Under the pieces are notes generated by a model, which was not told where the DNA came from, searched no databases, and saw nothing but the letters and a program-made list of their open reading frames with translations. Shown in pieces: positions 35,870 to 45,764 of a DNA stretch of 59,518 nt. Origin of the DNA: a virus (Duplodnaviria > Caudoviricetes); the IMG/VR virus record IMGVR_UViG_3300033076_000460, positions 1-59,518 of that record; one strand, 5' to 3'. The position numbers and the translations under genes are program-made. Positions within the stretch are counted from its first letter, which is position 1. Each line of letters starts with the position of its first letter.

Positions 35870-38358
35870 GCAGTGGTGGGCAACAAAAAGCAAGCGAACA
35901 GACAACAATTACGGAACTTCCGGCGTGGGCGAAACCGTACGCGCAAGACGTGCTGTCCAAGGGCCAAGCTCTGACGGACGTCAAACAGAATCCGTACCAA
36001 ACCTACGGCGCACCTCGCGTTGCTGGTTTCTCCCCGATGGAGGAGCAGTCCTTCTCCGGTGCGGCCAACCTTGCGCCGTCGCAAGCAGGTCTGGCCGGAC
36101 AGGGCGTGGCGCTGGGTGCGAGTCTTGGGGCCATGGACACTGGGCAGTTTGGCCCTCGTCAGGCCCAGCGGTACATGAACCCGTACTTGGAGTCGGCACT
36201 GGCTCCCCAGATGGAGTTGATGCGTCGTCAGCAGGGCGCTCAGGCTCAGCAGATGGCGGGTCAGGCCACACTGGCCGGTGCTTTTGGCGGCTCTCGATAC
36301 GGTCTGGGGCAGGTTCAGCAGAACCTTGCCAACCAGCTTGCTCAGCAGAACTTGGTTGGTCAGGGCTACAACACCGCGTACCAGAACGCGATGGCCCAGT
36401 TCAACGCCGATCAGGCCCGTCGTCTCCAAGGCTTGCAGACCTCCTTGCAGGGCGCACAGACCCTTGGTGGCCTCGGCCAACAGCAGTTCGGCCAACAGGC
36501 TCAAGCGATTGGCATCCAGAACCAGCTTGGCGGGCAGCAACGTGGTTTGGAACAGCAGGGCCTTGACGTCGCCTATCAAGACTTCCTGAACCAGCAGAAC
36601 TACCCCTACCGCCAACTTGGCTTCATGTCCGACCTGTTGCGCGGCACTCCCACGGGTCAGTCCACCACGACCAACATGTACCAAACGCCCGGCAGCATCA
36701 TGGGCCAACTGGGCGGCATTGGCATGGGCGCTTATGGCCTGAGCAAGGCTGGCCTGTTCAAAGAGGGTGGTGAAGTTGACAGCTATGCCGAGGGTGGCGA
36801 AACTGATCTTGACATGCTGAGCGATGATCAGCTGAAGGTTTCGTACCAAAATGCTCTGGCGCGGGGCGACATCCTGACGGCCCAAGCCATTCAAACACGC
36901 CTTGCTGAAAACACGGCTCTGCGCAATGCTCAGCAAGCTTCGCTGTCGCGTGGCCTCGGTTACGCATTTGATCAGCTTCCCGCTGAGCAACAGAACAACG
37001 TGATCTCTGCCGCAGGTGGTGGCATCGTTGCGTTTGCTGGTGGTGGGAACAAGGGCGAATACTACCAAGACCCGCTTGGGACGCCTTCGGCGGCGGAACC
37101 CGATGACTCTGGTTACAGCATCTTCAAACAGGACATTCGTGAAGGCGAAGAGTATTCGCCGAACCTGTTGGGCATGTTGTTTGGGTACAACCGCTTGCCC
37201 CCCAAAGAGAAGAAAGCGGCAGAAACTAAAAGCGCCGCTCCTTCCGGCACTCCGTACGATCCTCTGACGGCCACGCGCCGTGAGGATTTTTCTGACGCGC
37301 CCCCCGCAAAAGCACCGGCAAAAGCACCCGCAACAGCGTCGGGTGCCGCGGCTCCCACACCGGCAAAATCCATCACGGAAGCCGTCAAGCGGACCAGCAT
37401 GCCTGATGCCATCAAGCAGATGCAAGAAGTCTTGAACGATCCTGAATCCGCAAAGCTCATTCAAGAGAACGCGGATGAGATCAAACGCTACGCCGCACGC
37501 GCAGAAGACGTGAAGAAGCAGCGCGGTGCAAACGCTCTGGCAGAGTTTGGATTCCGCATGGCAGCAGAAGCGTCCAAGCCGGGCTCCACCTTCTTTGGTA
37601 GCGCGGCAGCGGCCAGCCCGACCATCACGGAGTCGCTCAAGAAGTCCGAAGAAGTCGAACAGCGCATGGCTGACAACGCCATGAAGATGCGCCAGTTGCA
37701 GAACCAGTCGGTCATTGCGATGCGCAAGGGTGATCGTCAGTCGGCGATCCAAGGCGCAGCACAACTTCGTATGCTTGAGCAGTCGCAGGAACAACTGGCG
37801 CTCCAACGAGATCAGTTGGCTGAAACCATCCGCGCCCACAAGGCGACGGAATCCATCCATCGCGAACAGCAGAACAAGCCCAGTGAAACTGAGCGTATCT
37901 TGGCAAAAGTTGAGAACATCCGCAGTGGCAAGGAGTCGTATGCCGGTATGACTGGTGAAGAGGGTGTAGCTGCCTACACTGCGGCGATGGGCGATGTCGG
38001 CGCGGCTCGCTACGGTGTGCGTTACTCGGGACAAAACAAAGACATCGAGCGCTACACGAACATCCTCAAGGACGACCAAGAGTACAAAATGCTCAAGGTT
38101 CAGCGTTCACAGCTTGCCGGGCAAGCAGAACCCAACGACAAGCAACGTGCCAAGCTTGCGCGGATTGACAACCGCATTGCGGAGATTGAGGCTCGTGCGC
38201 GTAGCAGCGCAGGTATGGGTCAGGGCGCTGGCCCGGTGCAGGGAGCACCGCAAGTTCCTCCGCAAGCGATTGCCGCGTTGCGTGCAGATCCCCGCTTGCG
38301 CGATCAATTTGATGCAAAATATGGACGAGGTTCGGCAGATCGATATCTAGGAGACTGA
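35866..38358 (+). CDS. DNA ejection (internal virion) protein
   Basis: Q/G/A-rich; YMNPY and AGAFGGSR motifs. Confidence 0.7.
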   Translation: MSSGGQQKASEQTTITELPAWAKPYAQDVLSKGQALTDVKQNPYQTYGAPRVAGFSPMEEQSFSGAANLAPSQAGLAGQGVALGASLGAMDTGQFGPRQAQRYMNPYLESALAPQMELMRRQQGAQAQQMAGQATLAGAFGGSRYGLGQVQQNLANQLAQQNLVGQGYNTAYQNAMAQFNADQARRLQGLQTSLQGAQTLGGLGQQQFGQQAQAIGIQNQLGGQQRGLEQQGLDVAYQDFLNQQNYPYRQLGFMSDLLRGTPTGQSTTTNMYQTPGSIMGQLGGIGMGAYGLSKAGLFKEGGEVDSYAEGGETDLDMLSDDQLKVSYQNALARGDILTAQAIQTRLAENTALRNAQQASLSRGLGYAFDQLPAEQQNNVISAAGGGIVAFAGGGNKGEYYQDPLGTPSAAEPDDSGYSIFKQDIREGEEYSPNLLGMLFGYNRLPPKEKKAAETKSAAPSGTPYDPLTATRREDFSDAPPAKAPAKAPATASGAAAPTPAKSITEAVKRTSMPDAIKQMQEVLNDPESAKLIQENADEIKRYAARAEDVKKQRGANALAEFGFRMAAEASKPGSTFFGSAAAASPTITESLKKSEEVEQRMADNAMKMRQLQNQSVIAMRKGDRQSAIQGAAQLRMLEQSQEQLALQRDQLAETIRAHKATESIHREQQNKPSETERILAKVENIRSGKESYAGMTGEEGVAAYTAAMGDVGAARYGVRYSGQNKDIERYTNILKDDQEYKMLKVQRSQLAGQAEPNDKQRAKLARIDNRIAEIEARARSSAGMGQGAGPVQGAPQVPPQAIAALRADPRLRDQFDAKYGRGSADRYLGD

Positions 38359-38359
38359 G

Positions 38360-41300
38360 ATGGCTAACTTCTTTGACCAGTTTGACGCTGAGCAAAAAGG
38401 TCGGCCACAAGGGAACTTTTTCGATCAGTTCGACAGCGGCGCTCAACCCAAACTTGGGCCAACCGAATCTGGTGGGTTCACGGGCTCTTTCCTTGAGTCG
38501 CTCAAGGAACGCTTCTCCACCGCACTCCCAGCGGCCAAGTTGTACACCGGGCTGGGTGACCAGAGCGAAGCTACCAAGCAATTGTTGGCTGCGAACCAAG
38601 CTTCTGAAGAAGCGTTCAAACAAACTGAATTCAGCGACATTGGTGACTCCTTGAAGCAGGGGCGCTACGGTGAGGCCCTTGGCAAAACCGTGGACAAGTT
38701 CAAAGAAGTCGCGGGTTCTTCTTTCGGTTCCATGGCCCCCGCCATGGTGGCTGGTCGCGGCGCGGCCATGTTTGGTGGCCCCGTTGCCGGCCTGACCGCG
38801 TTTGGGCTCGTGTCCCTCGGGTCGTACATCGCCGACAACATTGGCCGGCAGAAACAAGAACAGCAAAAGCTGGGGCGTGAAGGCGAGGACATTGATCGTC
38901 TGTCTGCATCAGCGGCTTCTGCTGGGCAGGCGGCGCTGGACGTCTTCGGCTTCAAGTTCTTCAAACCGTTGGGCAAGCTGGTCGGCATCGAAGGCAAAGA
39001 AGCCGCCGATCGCGCAGCGATGGAGATTGTGGAAGCCGCCACAAAACCCAACGCGTACAAACGTGCTGTGGCCAAAGGGCTGGCGGAAGGTATCGCGTTT
39101 GAAGTCCCGCAAGAAGTGGCGCAGCAGGTTCTGGAGCGTTGGCAAGCTGGGCTCCCCCTTGACCCGTTCACCGACCCTGAAGCCGCCAAAGAGTACGCCG
39201 AAGCCGCCGGTGGGGCGTTGTTGCTTGGTGGTCCAATGGGCGCGGGCAGCAAGGTCATGCAGACCTACGCAGCCCGTCAGACACCCGAGGGCCAAGCTCT
39301 TTTGAGTCCCGCTACGCAAGGGTCGGTTTACGACACGCTCTCTAAAGGAGAAGAAGATGTTGCAGGATTTGAGCCAAGAGAAGATCGAACTGGCGCTGAA
39401 ATGGCTGGACAGCCCGGTGCTATCGCCCCCGCCGCAGGAGCTGGAGAACTTGACACAAGTAGAATGGTATCTGCTGGACAACCTGCTCCAGCTGCTGTTG
39501 AAAGAGAAACAGAACAGCCAAGTTCACTGACCGACGACACGCTTGAACGTCTCGACACGTTCAAGCGGCAGTACCAAGATCTCCGAAACGAAGCCTTGTC
39601 CTTGATGGGCCAAGGCGCTATGACGCCCGGGCAGACCAATCAGCTGCGCATGGTCCAGCGTGATTTGAGTGCTGTCGTGGACGCCAACGCCGACTTGCTT
39701 CGCAACCCAGAGCTGGTTGCCCAGCTCAAGAACCCGGTCTTCAACGGAATGGCCGCACTGCCGTCTCAAGGCGAACTGATCCCCACCGCCTCTGCTGTGC
39801 ATCGCAAGATTGCCGTTGCACTGACTATGGGTCGTCGCGATCCGCAAGCCGCCGCAGCTTTCTTGCAAGGGCAGAAGGAACGCTTGCAGCAGCGCTACGA
39901 CAACGGCGAGTACAACCAAGACTGGGCACGGTCTGTCGCCAAGAGCTACAACCTGACGCAGGGTGAAGCGGTGCAACGCTACCAAGAGTTGGCCAAGGCC
40001 CACCTGCAACAGCAGATGGCCGAGATCGATCAGGCAATCGCCGACGTGTCTCGCCAGAAGTCATTGGCCAGCCGCGCCCCCGAACAGCAGCAAGGTTTGT
40101 TTGACGAAGATGAGGCTGCGGCCAAGCTTGAAAAAGCTATCTACGGGGGCGAGGCTTCTCAACGCAAAGTGATCGATGAGACGTTTGGTGCCCCAGCGCC
40201 AAGCACCCTAAAACCGCGAACAGCATCGGTTAATTTCAAATCGAACAGCACTACCGGCATCGTTTCTAATGAATCTGTGCTTGGTGGTCTGCGCCGAATT
40301 GCTGAAGACGACGATATCGCGTCGGAGTACCCCAATCGAGTGGGCGCAGTGATGCTCACTGGTTTAGATCGTCAAGATGGCGGGCAAAAAGGTCGAGCTT
40401 CTGATGTATTGAAAGCGTTGACCGCATGGGCGGACAAAAATAATGAACGCCTAGTCCTGATGCCTGCCGCCTCCGGAGATTTAACCCAAGCGGATTTAGT
40501 TAAATGGTACGAGCGTAACGGATTTGTTTCTCGAAATGACGGCGCTATGGAGCGTGCCCCCGCCGCAAAACAAGAACGCGTCGCGGAGCCTACAGCCGAA
40601 GAATCCGAAATCCAGCCCGGGCTCACTGAGAAACAAGTTGGCAAAGAAGGCGTACCCGCTGAGTTCAGCGCCGAGCACATTTTGGGTACGCCAGAAGGTC
40701 GGGCCGTGCAGCAGCTTTTTGGTGGGATTAAGTCCGCTGCTGGTTCACCTAGCGAGACCCAGAAGCATCAGTCCTTGTTGCAGAACATTGCCAAGGTGTT
40801 CACTGAATACGACATCATTAGTATCAGTGAACGCGCTGGCGCGGGTATGCGTGCGGCGCTTGAGTTTCTCCAAAATAAATTTGGTGGCGCCGACGCTTTT
40901 CAAAATTTGCTGTCTCGCTTGGGCACCATGTCAGCAGAAGCACAGTCGAAACTTTTCAAGCAGCTTCGATTGCCTGATCTCACGACCCGCCGTGGGCTGG
41001 AAGACTTCCAGCGTGAGGTTGAGAAGTATCTGGAGCAGCGCACGCTTACCGGCGGAGGCGTCAAGATCCCCACAAAATCTACGTCTGCTGGACGTGGCAT
41101 CTTCCCGTACAGCGAAGAGATCTCGGTTGGTCTCAACGAGGCCAAATCTTTCCCTCCATTGGAAAGCGGCCAGCCCCGCCGCCCCGAGATGCGTATTTAT
41201 GATAAAAAGTACAAGGTCTCCGACACTCGAATTCGTCAGGCCGTCAAGTTTTTGCGCCAAAAGATTGAAGCGCGTTTGAAGCTCACGCCTGAAGACATCG

Positions 41301-44300
41301 CTGCCAAGACTTATTTAGACAACAAATCCCGTAGCACCTTTGGTGACGTGCTTCGAGATTTGGCGTGTGATTTGGCTATGTTCAAACTCGACCCCAAAGA
41401 GCACGGAGCCAACTCCCTGTTCCGTGGAGAGGGTGGTAAGTACGCAGAAAACTTCCGTGCATGGCTTGAGAAGAACACAGACAAAAACACAATCGAGCTT
41501 CTCGATCAGCTGATTGCGGATCAGACTGCCACCTTCGAGGCCGAAAAGCTGTTTGACTCGTATGTCAGCGACTACAACCGCAAGTTGGAAAAGCTGGCTG
41601 AACAGCGCCAAGACGACTACGAGAAGCGCACCGGTAAAAAGCTGACCCGTGCGCCCGGCCAGCGCAAACCGCGCAAGGTCGTTCAGACCAAAGTAGCCGA
41701 GGCAGTTGGAGAAACCACCGCCGAAGAAACTGAAGAGACACCTGATGTAGAGGCCATCACAAAGAACCTTCCGCAGGTTAAGTGGCTCGGTCTCCATACC
41801 GCCATCTTCCGCACCCTTGAAAAAGGTGACGTGCGTGGTGCGCTTGAGATCATGGCCGGAGGCAACGGTTACTACTCGTTGCTGGCTCAGCGCCTTTTGG
41901 ACGCCGGGATCGATGCAAAAGTCCGCTTTATCGACAACAGCACGATGGAGTCGCTTAACGACAACCCGATGGATAAACGGGTCTTGGACAGCTACATCAG
42001 TTCTGTGTCCAAGATTGTTGAAGCGTTGGCGGCTGGTGATATGAAGGAAGAATTGCTCGCCAAGTTGAAGTCAAGCGACCCCAACCTTGTGGGCAACGCG
42101 TTGTATCAGGTGGCTGGTACGGCAAAACAATCAGGCGGCACGAAGAGCCAAATTCAAACACTTGAAGACGCATACAAGTTTTTCCAAAACAACTATATGT
42201 GGCGGGGAAAGTTTGCCCCCGATAAAAATGAGATTGTGTTTCGCCGCTCGAATGGATTGACTAATGCTTTGTTCTTGCACGAGGCTATCCATGCGGCTAC
42301 GGCTTCTGCCATCAACAAGTCTGAGAAGCTCACCGGGATCCGCAAGCAAGGTTACGACCAGCTCAAAGAGTTGTTTGAGTACTCGCAAAAAGCACTGAAA
42401 GATTTGCAGGTCACCGACGGCAGTCTCTACGGGTTGACCAACCTGCACGAGTTTGTTGCCGAGGCCATGACCAACCCCTTGTTCCAAGCGCATCTGCGCA
42501 AGCTGGCGTACAAGGCGTCGCCGTTCTCGTTGTGGACTCGTTTCACCCAAGCCGTCCGCAAACTGTTTGGCATCAAGAACGACAAGAGCATCGAATCCAA
42601 CGTGTTCAATGAAGCCCTGCTGGCTACGGATGCGTTGATGCCCGGCGGCATCACCGGTAAGGAAGATGTGACAGGAACCGGCGGCGCTATGGCGGCTGCG
42701 TTCTTCCCCAAAGGTGTAGCCAACTCCAAGACCGCGCTCAACAACCTGATGACTTCAGGCTCTTGGAATGAAGCCAAAGCCAACTGGCCCCGGTTCTACA
42801 ACAGCTTGAAAGCCGACATGCGCCCCGGCGTGCTGGGCTTCCTGACCATGCGCCAGATGGCGGATATTGTGGGCGGGCGTATCCCGCAGCTGAACAACTT
42901 CATCCGCGTGGCCGAAGAGTTCATGGCCCGCAAGAACGAGATTCTGACCCTCTCCGGTGACATCTCCAAGCGTTGGGAGAAGCTGCAAGCTCGCAACCCA
43001 GATATGTCTCGTCAGCTGGGCGCGGTCATGCACCGAGCCACGATCAATGAGATTGACCCTGACCCCCAGAGCATCTTCACGTCTCAAGCGCAACGCGCCA
43101 AAGACCCGGATCTGACCAAGATGTGGAACGCCCTCGACGCTGAGGCCAAGGCCATTTACCGGCAGGTGCGTGACTTCTACGAAGACCGTTACTCCGAGTA
43201 CCGTCAGACGTTGAACCGACGTTTGATCGCCATGAACCAGTACGGGGTCTCAGAAACTACTATCAATGAGATTCGCGCCGAGTTCGACAAAGCGCGACGC
43301 AAGGGGCCGTACTTCCCGCTCATGCGTCATGGGCGGTTTTGGTATCAGGTCGGCACTGGCAACACCCGTGAGTACTACATGTTTGAGTCTCAGGGTCAGT
43401 TGGAAGCGCACCTCGCGGACAACCCCCGCAAGGACGAACTGACTGCCTCGGGGTCGCAGTACCGCGAGCAGCAAGACCTGCACGCTCGCCAGTCTCAGTT
43501 CTTGAAGGCTACGTTCGACGCGATCGACAACTCGTCCGCGTTGAACGCACAGGATCTGAAGGACTCCGTGTACCAAGCATGGCTGTCTACGCAGCCTGAG
43601 TCGAGCTTCCGCAACCAGTTCGTGCATCGCCAGAAGGTGGCCGGCTACTCGGAAGACGCCCTGCGCAACTTCGCCAAGTCTTCGTTCCACATGGCCTATC
43701 AGTTGGCGCGGTTTGAGCACTCCTCAGAGATGTTCTCCCAGATCGCCGCCGCTCGCCTTCAGTTGAAGGAACGCGTGAAGCCTGCTGATCCCGCCAACGT
43801 GAAGACCATGCGCGAAAACAATGAATTGAGCGACTACGTGAAGGAGATGGACCGCCGTCTCACGTTGATGCTCAACCCGACTGACATCGGCACGATCCCC
43901 TCGGTGCTGTCAAACATCGGCTTCATCTGGTATCTGACCGCCCCCGCCTCGGCGATCGTCAACGTGTTGGGCGGCATGGTCATCGGCTTGCCCACACTGG
44001 TGGGTCAGCAGGTCCGGCTCAACCCCAATATGTCATACATCAAGGCCACCCTCAAGGCGCTCGGCGAAATGAAGACCGTGGCTGCCGAGATCATGCGAAC
44101 GGGGTTTGCGTTTGAGAAGGGCGCACGTCTCAAGGACAACATGCTGCACTTCCCGTCTTTGACCCGCTCCTCCACCCTGAGCGCCGTGGACAAAGCAGCG
44201 TACGACCGCTTTGTCGCGGATGGCCTGATCGACATCACCGCCACCTACGACCAGTCGGGCTTGGCCGCATCTCCTACTGAGTCCTACACGGGCACGCGCC

Positions 44301-45496
44301 ACCGCGTCATGCAGGCTCTGTCCAGCTTGTTCCACAACGCTGAACGGTTCAACCGAGAAGTTATGGCGATGTCCGCTTTCCGCACGGCCATGGAGAAGCG
44401 CAAGGACTACGCTGATAAAACCCAAGCATTCAACGAAGCCATCGCTGAAGCCAAGGACGTGACCAACCGCTCGATGTTTGACTACTCGTCCATGAACAAG
44501 CCGCGCTACTTCCAGCACCCGGTTGCTCGTGTGGTGTTGCAGTTCAAGCAGTTCCCGCAGCAGATGACTTTCTTCTTGGCCCACAACTTCCTGAACATGA
44601 TCAAGGGGGCGTCGCCTGAAGTCCGCCGTGAGGCCACCGCCCGATTCGTCGGAACCATGGGCATGGCGGGCATCTTCTCCGGGGCCACCGGTCTGTGGGG
44701 CTTCTCGACCGTAGCCAGCATTTTGAATGCGGTGATCAATGGCTTGGACGACGAGCGGGACGAACCCTTCGACTTTGAGTTGGAGTTCGTCAACTGGGCC
44801 AACGAGACCTTTGGCAAAGGTCTGGGCATGTTCATCTCCCGCGGCATCGGCAACGCGGTCGGCGTGGACTTGGCCAGCCGCACCAAGCTTGACGAGATGT
44901 GGTTCCGCGACGGGCGCAAGAACCAAGACGAGGTGGAAGCCCTGCAATCATTCCTCGTGGAGCAGCTTGGCCCCACCGTTGGGCTTGGCATCAACGCCGC
45001 GCAAGCCGTCAAGCTGTGGAACGAAGGCCACGCCGATCGTGCGCTGGAGATGGTGGCCCCTGCCTTTATCAAGAACCCGCTGGTCGCTGCCCGTTACGCC
45101 CGCGAGGGGGCCAACACGCTTGCAGGTGACCCGCTTGCCGAAGATATTGGGTCTTTCGACCTACTGATGCAGTCCCTCGGTCTGCGCTCTGCGGACATCG
45201 CGGAGCGCCAGTACTACAACATCACGAAGAAGGGGCAGGAACAGGCCATCCTCAAGGAGCGCCAGAACCTGCTGAACCTGTACGGCATCAGCTTCATGGC
45301 CGGCGACTTTGAGTCGAACGACAAGGCGCTTGAGAAGATCATGAAGTTCAACGAGAAGCACCCGTCGGTGGCGATCCCCTCGGACTCGATCATTCGTTCG
45401 ATCGAGCAGCGTGCCAAGAAGTCGGCCATGACAGACCATGGTCTGTACATCGACAAGCGGATGCTGGGGATGAAGAGCGAGAGCTATCTGGACTAA
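38360..45496 (+). CDS. giant polyvalent internal virion protein (GNAT-like, HExxH zincin, PLxRFG-like domains)
   Basis: 2378 aa; QKGRASDVL...LVKWYERNGF; LHEAIH...HEFVAEA; YFPLMRHG. Confidence 0.8.
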   Translation: MANFFDQFDAEQKGRPQGNFFDQFDSGAQPKLGPTESGGFTGSFLESLKERFSTALPAAKLYTGLGDQSEATKQLLAANQASEEAFKQTEFSDIGDSLKQGRYGEALGKTVDKFKEVAGSSFGSMAPAMVAGRGAAMFGGPVAGLTAFGLVSLGSYIADNIGRQKQEQQKLGREGEDIDRLSASAASAGQAALDVFGFKFFKPLGKLVGIEGKEAADRAAMEIVEAATKPNAYKRAVAKGLAEGIAFEVPQEVAQQVLERWQAGLPLDPFTDPEAAKEYAEAAGGALLLGGPMGAGSKVMQTYAARQTPEGQALLSPATQGSVYDTLSKGEEDVAGFEPREDRTGAEMAGQPGAIAPAAGAGELDTSRMVSAGQPAPAAVERETEQPSSLTDDTLERLDTFKRQYQDLRNEALSLMGQGAMTPGQTNQLRMVQRDLSAVVDANADLLRNPELVAQLKNPVFNGMAALPSQGELIPTASAVHRKIAVALTMGRRDPQAAAAFLQGQKERLQQRYDNGEYNQDWARSVAKSYNLTQGEAVQRYQELAKAHLQQQMAEIDQAIADVSRQKSLASRAPEQQQGLFDEDEAAAKLEKAIYGGEASQRKVIDETFGAPAPSTLKPRTASVNFKSNSTTGIVSNESVLGGLRRIAEDDDIASEYPNRVGAVMLTGLDRQDGGQKGRASDVLKALTAWADKNNERLVLMPAASGDLTQADLVKWYERNGFVSRNDGAMERAPAAKQERVAEPTAEESEIQPGLTEKQVGKEGVPAEFSAEHILGTPEGRAVQQLFGGIKSAAGSPSETQKHQSLLQNIAKVFTEYDIISISERAGAGMRAALEFLQNKFGGADAFQNLLSRLGTMSAEAQSKLFKQLRLPDLTTRRGLEDFQREVEKYLEQRTLTGGGVKIPTKSTSAGRGIFPYSEEISVGLNEAKSFPPLESGQPRRPEMRIYDKKYKVSDTRIRQAVKFLRQKIEARLKLTPEDIAAKTYLDNKSRSTFGDVLRDLACDLAMFKLDPKEHGANSLFRGEGGKYAENFRAWLEKNTDKNTIELLDQLIADQTATFEAEKLFDSYVSDYNRKLEKLAEQRQDDYEKRTGKKLTRAPGQRKPRKVVQTKVAEAVGETTAEETEETPDVEAITKNLPQVKWLGLHTAIFRTLEKGDVRGALEIMAGGNGYYSLLAQRLLDAGIDAKVRFIDNSTMESLNDNPMDKRVLDSYISSVSKIVEALAAGDMKEELLAKLKSSDPNLVGNALYQVAGTAKQSGGTKSQIQTLEDAYKFFQNNYMWRGKFAPDKNEIVFRRSNGLTNALFLHEAIHAATASAINKSEKLTGIRKQGYDQLKELFEYSQKALKDLQVTDGSLYGLTNLHEFVAEAMTNPLFQAHLRKLAYKASPFSLWTRFTQAVRKLFGIKNDKSIESNVFNEALLATDALMPGGITGKEDVTGTGGAMAAAFFPKGVANSKTALNNLMTSGSWNEAKANWPRFYNSLKADMRPGVLGFLTMRQMADIVGGRIPQLNNFIRVAEEFMARKNEILTLSGDISKRWEKLQARNPDMSRQLGAVMHRATINEIDPDPQSIFTSQAQRAKDPDLTKMWNALDAEAKAIYRQVRDFYEDRYSEYRQTLNRRLIAMNQYGVSETTINEIRAEFDKARRKGPYFPLMRHGRFWYQVGTGNTREYYMFESQGQLEAHLADNPRKDELTASGSQYREQQDLHARQSQFLKATFDAIDNSSALNAQDLKDSVYQAWLSTQPESSFRNQFVHRQKVAGYSEDALRNFAKSSFHMAYQLARFEHSSEMFSQIAAARLQLKERVKPADPANVKTMRENNELSDYVKEMDRRLTLMLNPTDIGTIPSVLSNIGFIWYLTAPASAIVNVLGGMVIGLPTLVGQQVRLNPNMSYIKATLKALGEMKTVAAEIMRTGFAFEKGARLKDNMLHFPSLTRSSTLSAVDKAAYDRFVADGLIDITATYDQSGLAASPTESYTGTRHRVMQALSSLFHNAERFNREVMAMSAFRTAMEKRKDYADKTQAFNEAIAEAKDVTNRSMFDYSSMNKPRYFQHPVARVVLQFKQFPQQMTFFLAHNFLNMIKGASPEVRREATARFVGTMGMAGIFSGATGLWGFSTVASILNAVINGLDDERDEPFDFELEFVNWANETFGKGLGMFISRGIGNAVGVDLASRTKLDEMWFRDGRKNQDEVEALQSFLVEQLGPTVGLGINAAQAVKLWNEGHADRALEMVAPAFIKNPLVAARYAREGANTLAGDPLAEDIGSFDLLMQSLGLRSADIAERQYYNITKKGQEQAILKERQNLLNLYGISFMAGDFESNDKALEKIMKFNEKHPSVAIPSDSIIRSIEQRAKKSAMTDHGLYIDKRMLGMKSESYLD
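39357..39530 (+). CDS. nested +1-frame small protein (57 aa) inside the giant virion gene
   Basis: AAAGGAG RBS 6 nt before the ATG; MLQDLSQEKIELALKWLDSPVLSPPPQELENLTQVEWYLLDNLLQLLLKEKQNSQVH; GC3 bias moves to this frame. Confidence 0.7.
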   Translation: MLQDLSQEKIELALKWLDSPVLSPPPQELENLTQVEWYLLDNLLQLLLKEKQNSQVH

Positions 45497-45522
45497 AAAA
45501 GACCCCCGCCTAGGCGGGGGGT
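45495..45522. terminator. terminator at the convergence of the two arms
   Basis: CCCCCGCC-TA-GGCGGGGG palindrome with an A6 run (T6 on the minus strand). Confidence 0.75.
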
Positions 45523-45764
45523 AAGTTCGGAGAAATGACCGAATGTGCAACTACAGGAGGATTGTAGCGGCTGACTCGCCACACGCGCAACCCCCGGATG
45601 CCGTCCTCCACAACCAACTTAATTAAAACTTTATACCCCAATCTACGCATCTTGGTTTCGATACGTTCCCGCGCTTCCTTGTCGCGGATGCACGGGATGA
45701 AGAAAGAACTCCCGATGGTGAAGTTCTTCCAGTCGATGCTGTAGAAAACGCCTTCAATTCGCAC
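45510..45764 (-). CDS. small DNA-binding-like protein
   Basis: GTG start; DWKNFTIGSSFFIPC...GLRVWRV. Confidence 0.65.
   Translation of the reverse strand: MRIEGVFYSIDWKNFTIGSSFFIPCIRDKEARERIETKMRRLGYKVLIKLVVEDGIRGLRVWRVSRYNPPVVAHSVISPNLPPA

Noticed and set aside
35839-38079. 746-aa antisense ORF opposite the ejection protein (likewise 9836..11083, 31172..32407, 44033..44947)
   Set aside because: Shadow ORFs expected from the GC3-rich codon usage of the sense gene; no RBS or protein-like motifs noticed.
38360-45496. Giant protein as an N4- or crAss-like virion RNA polymerase
   Set aside because: I could not find polymerase catalytic motifs, and early genes have host sigma70 promoters.
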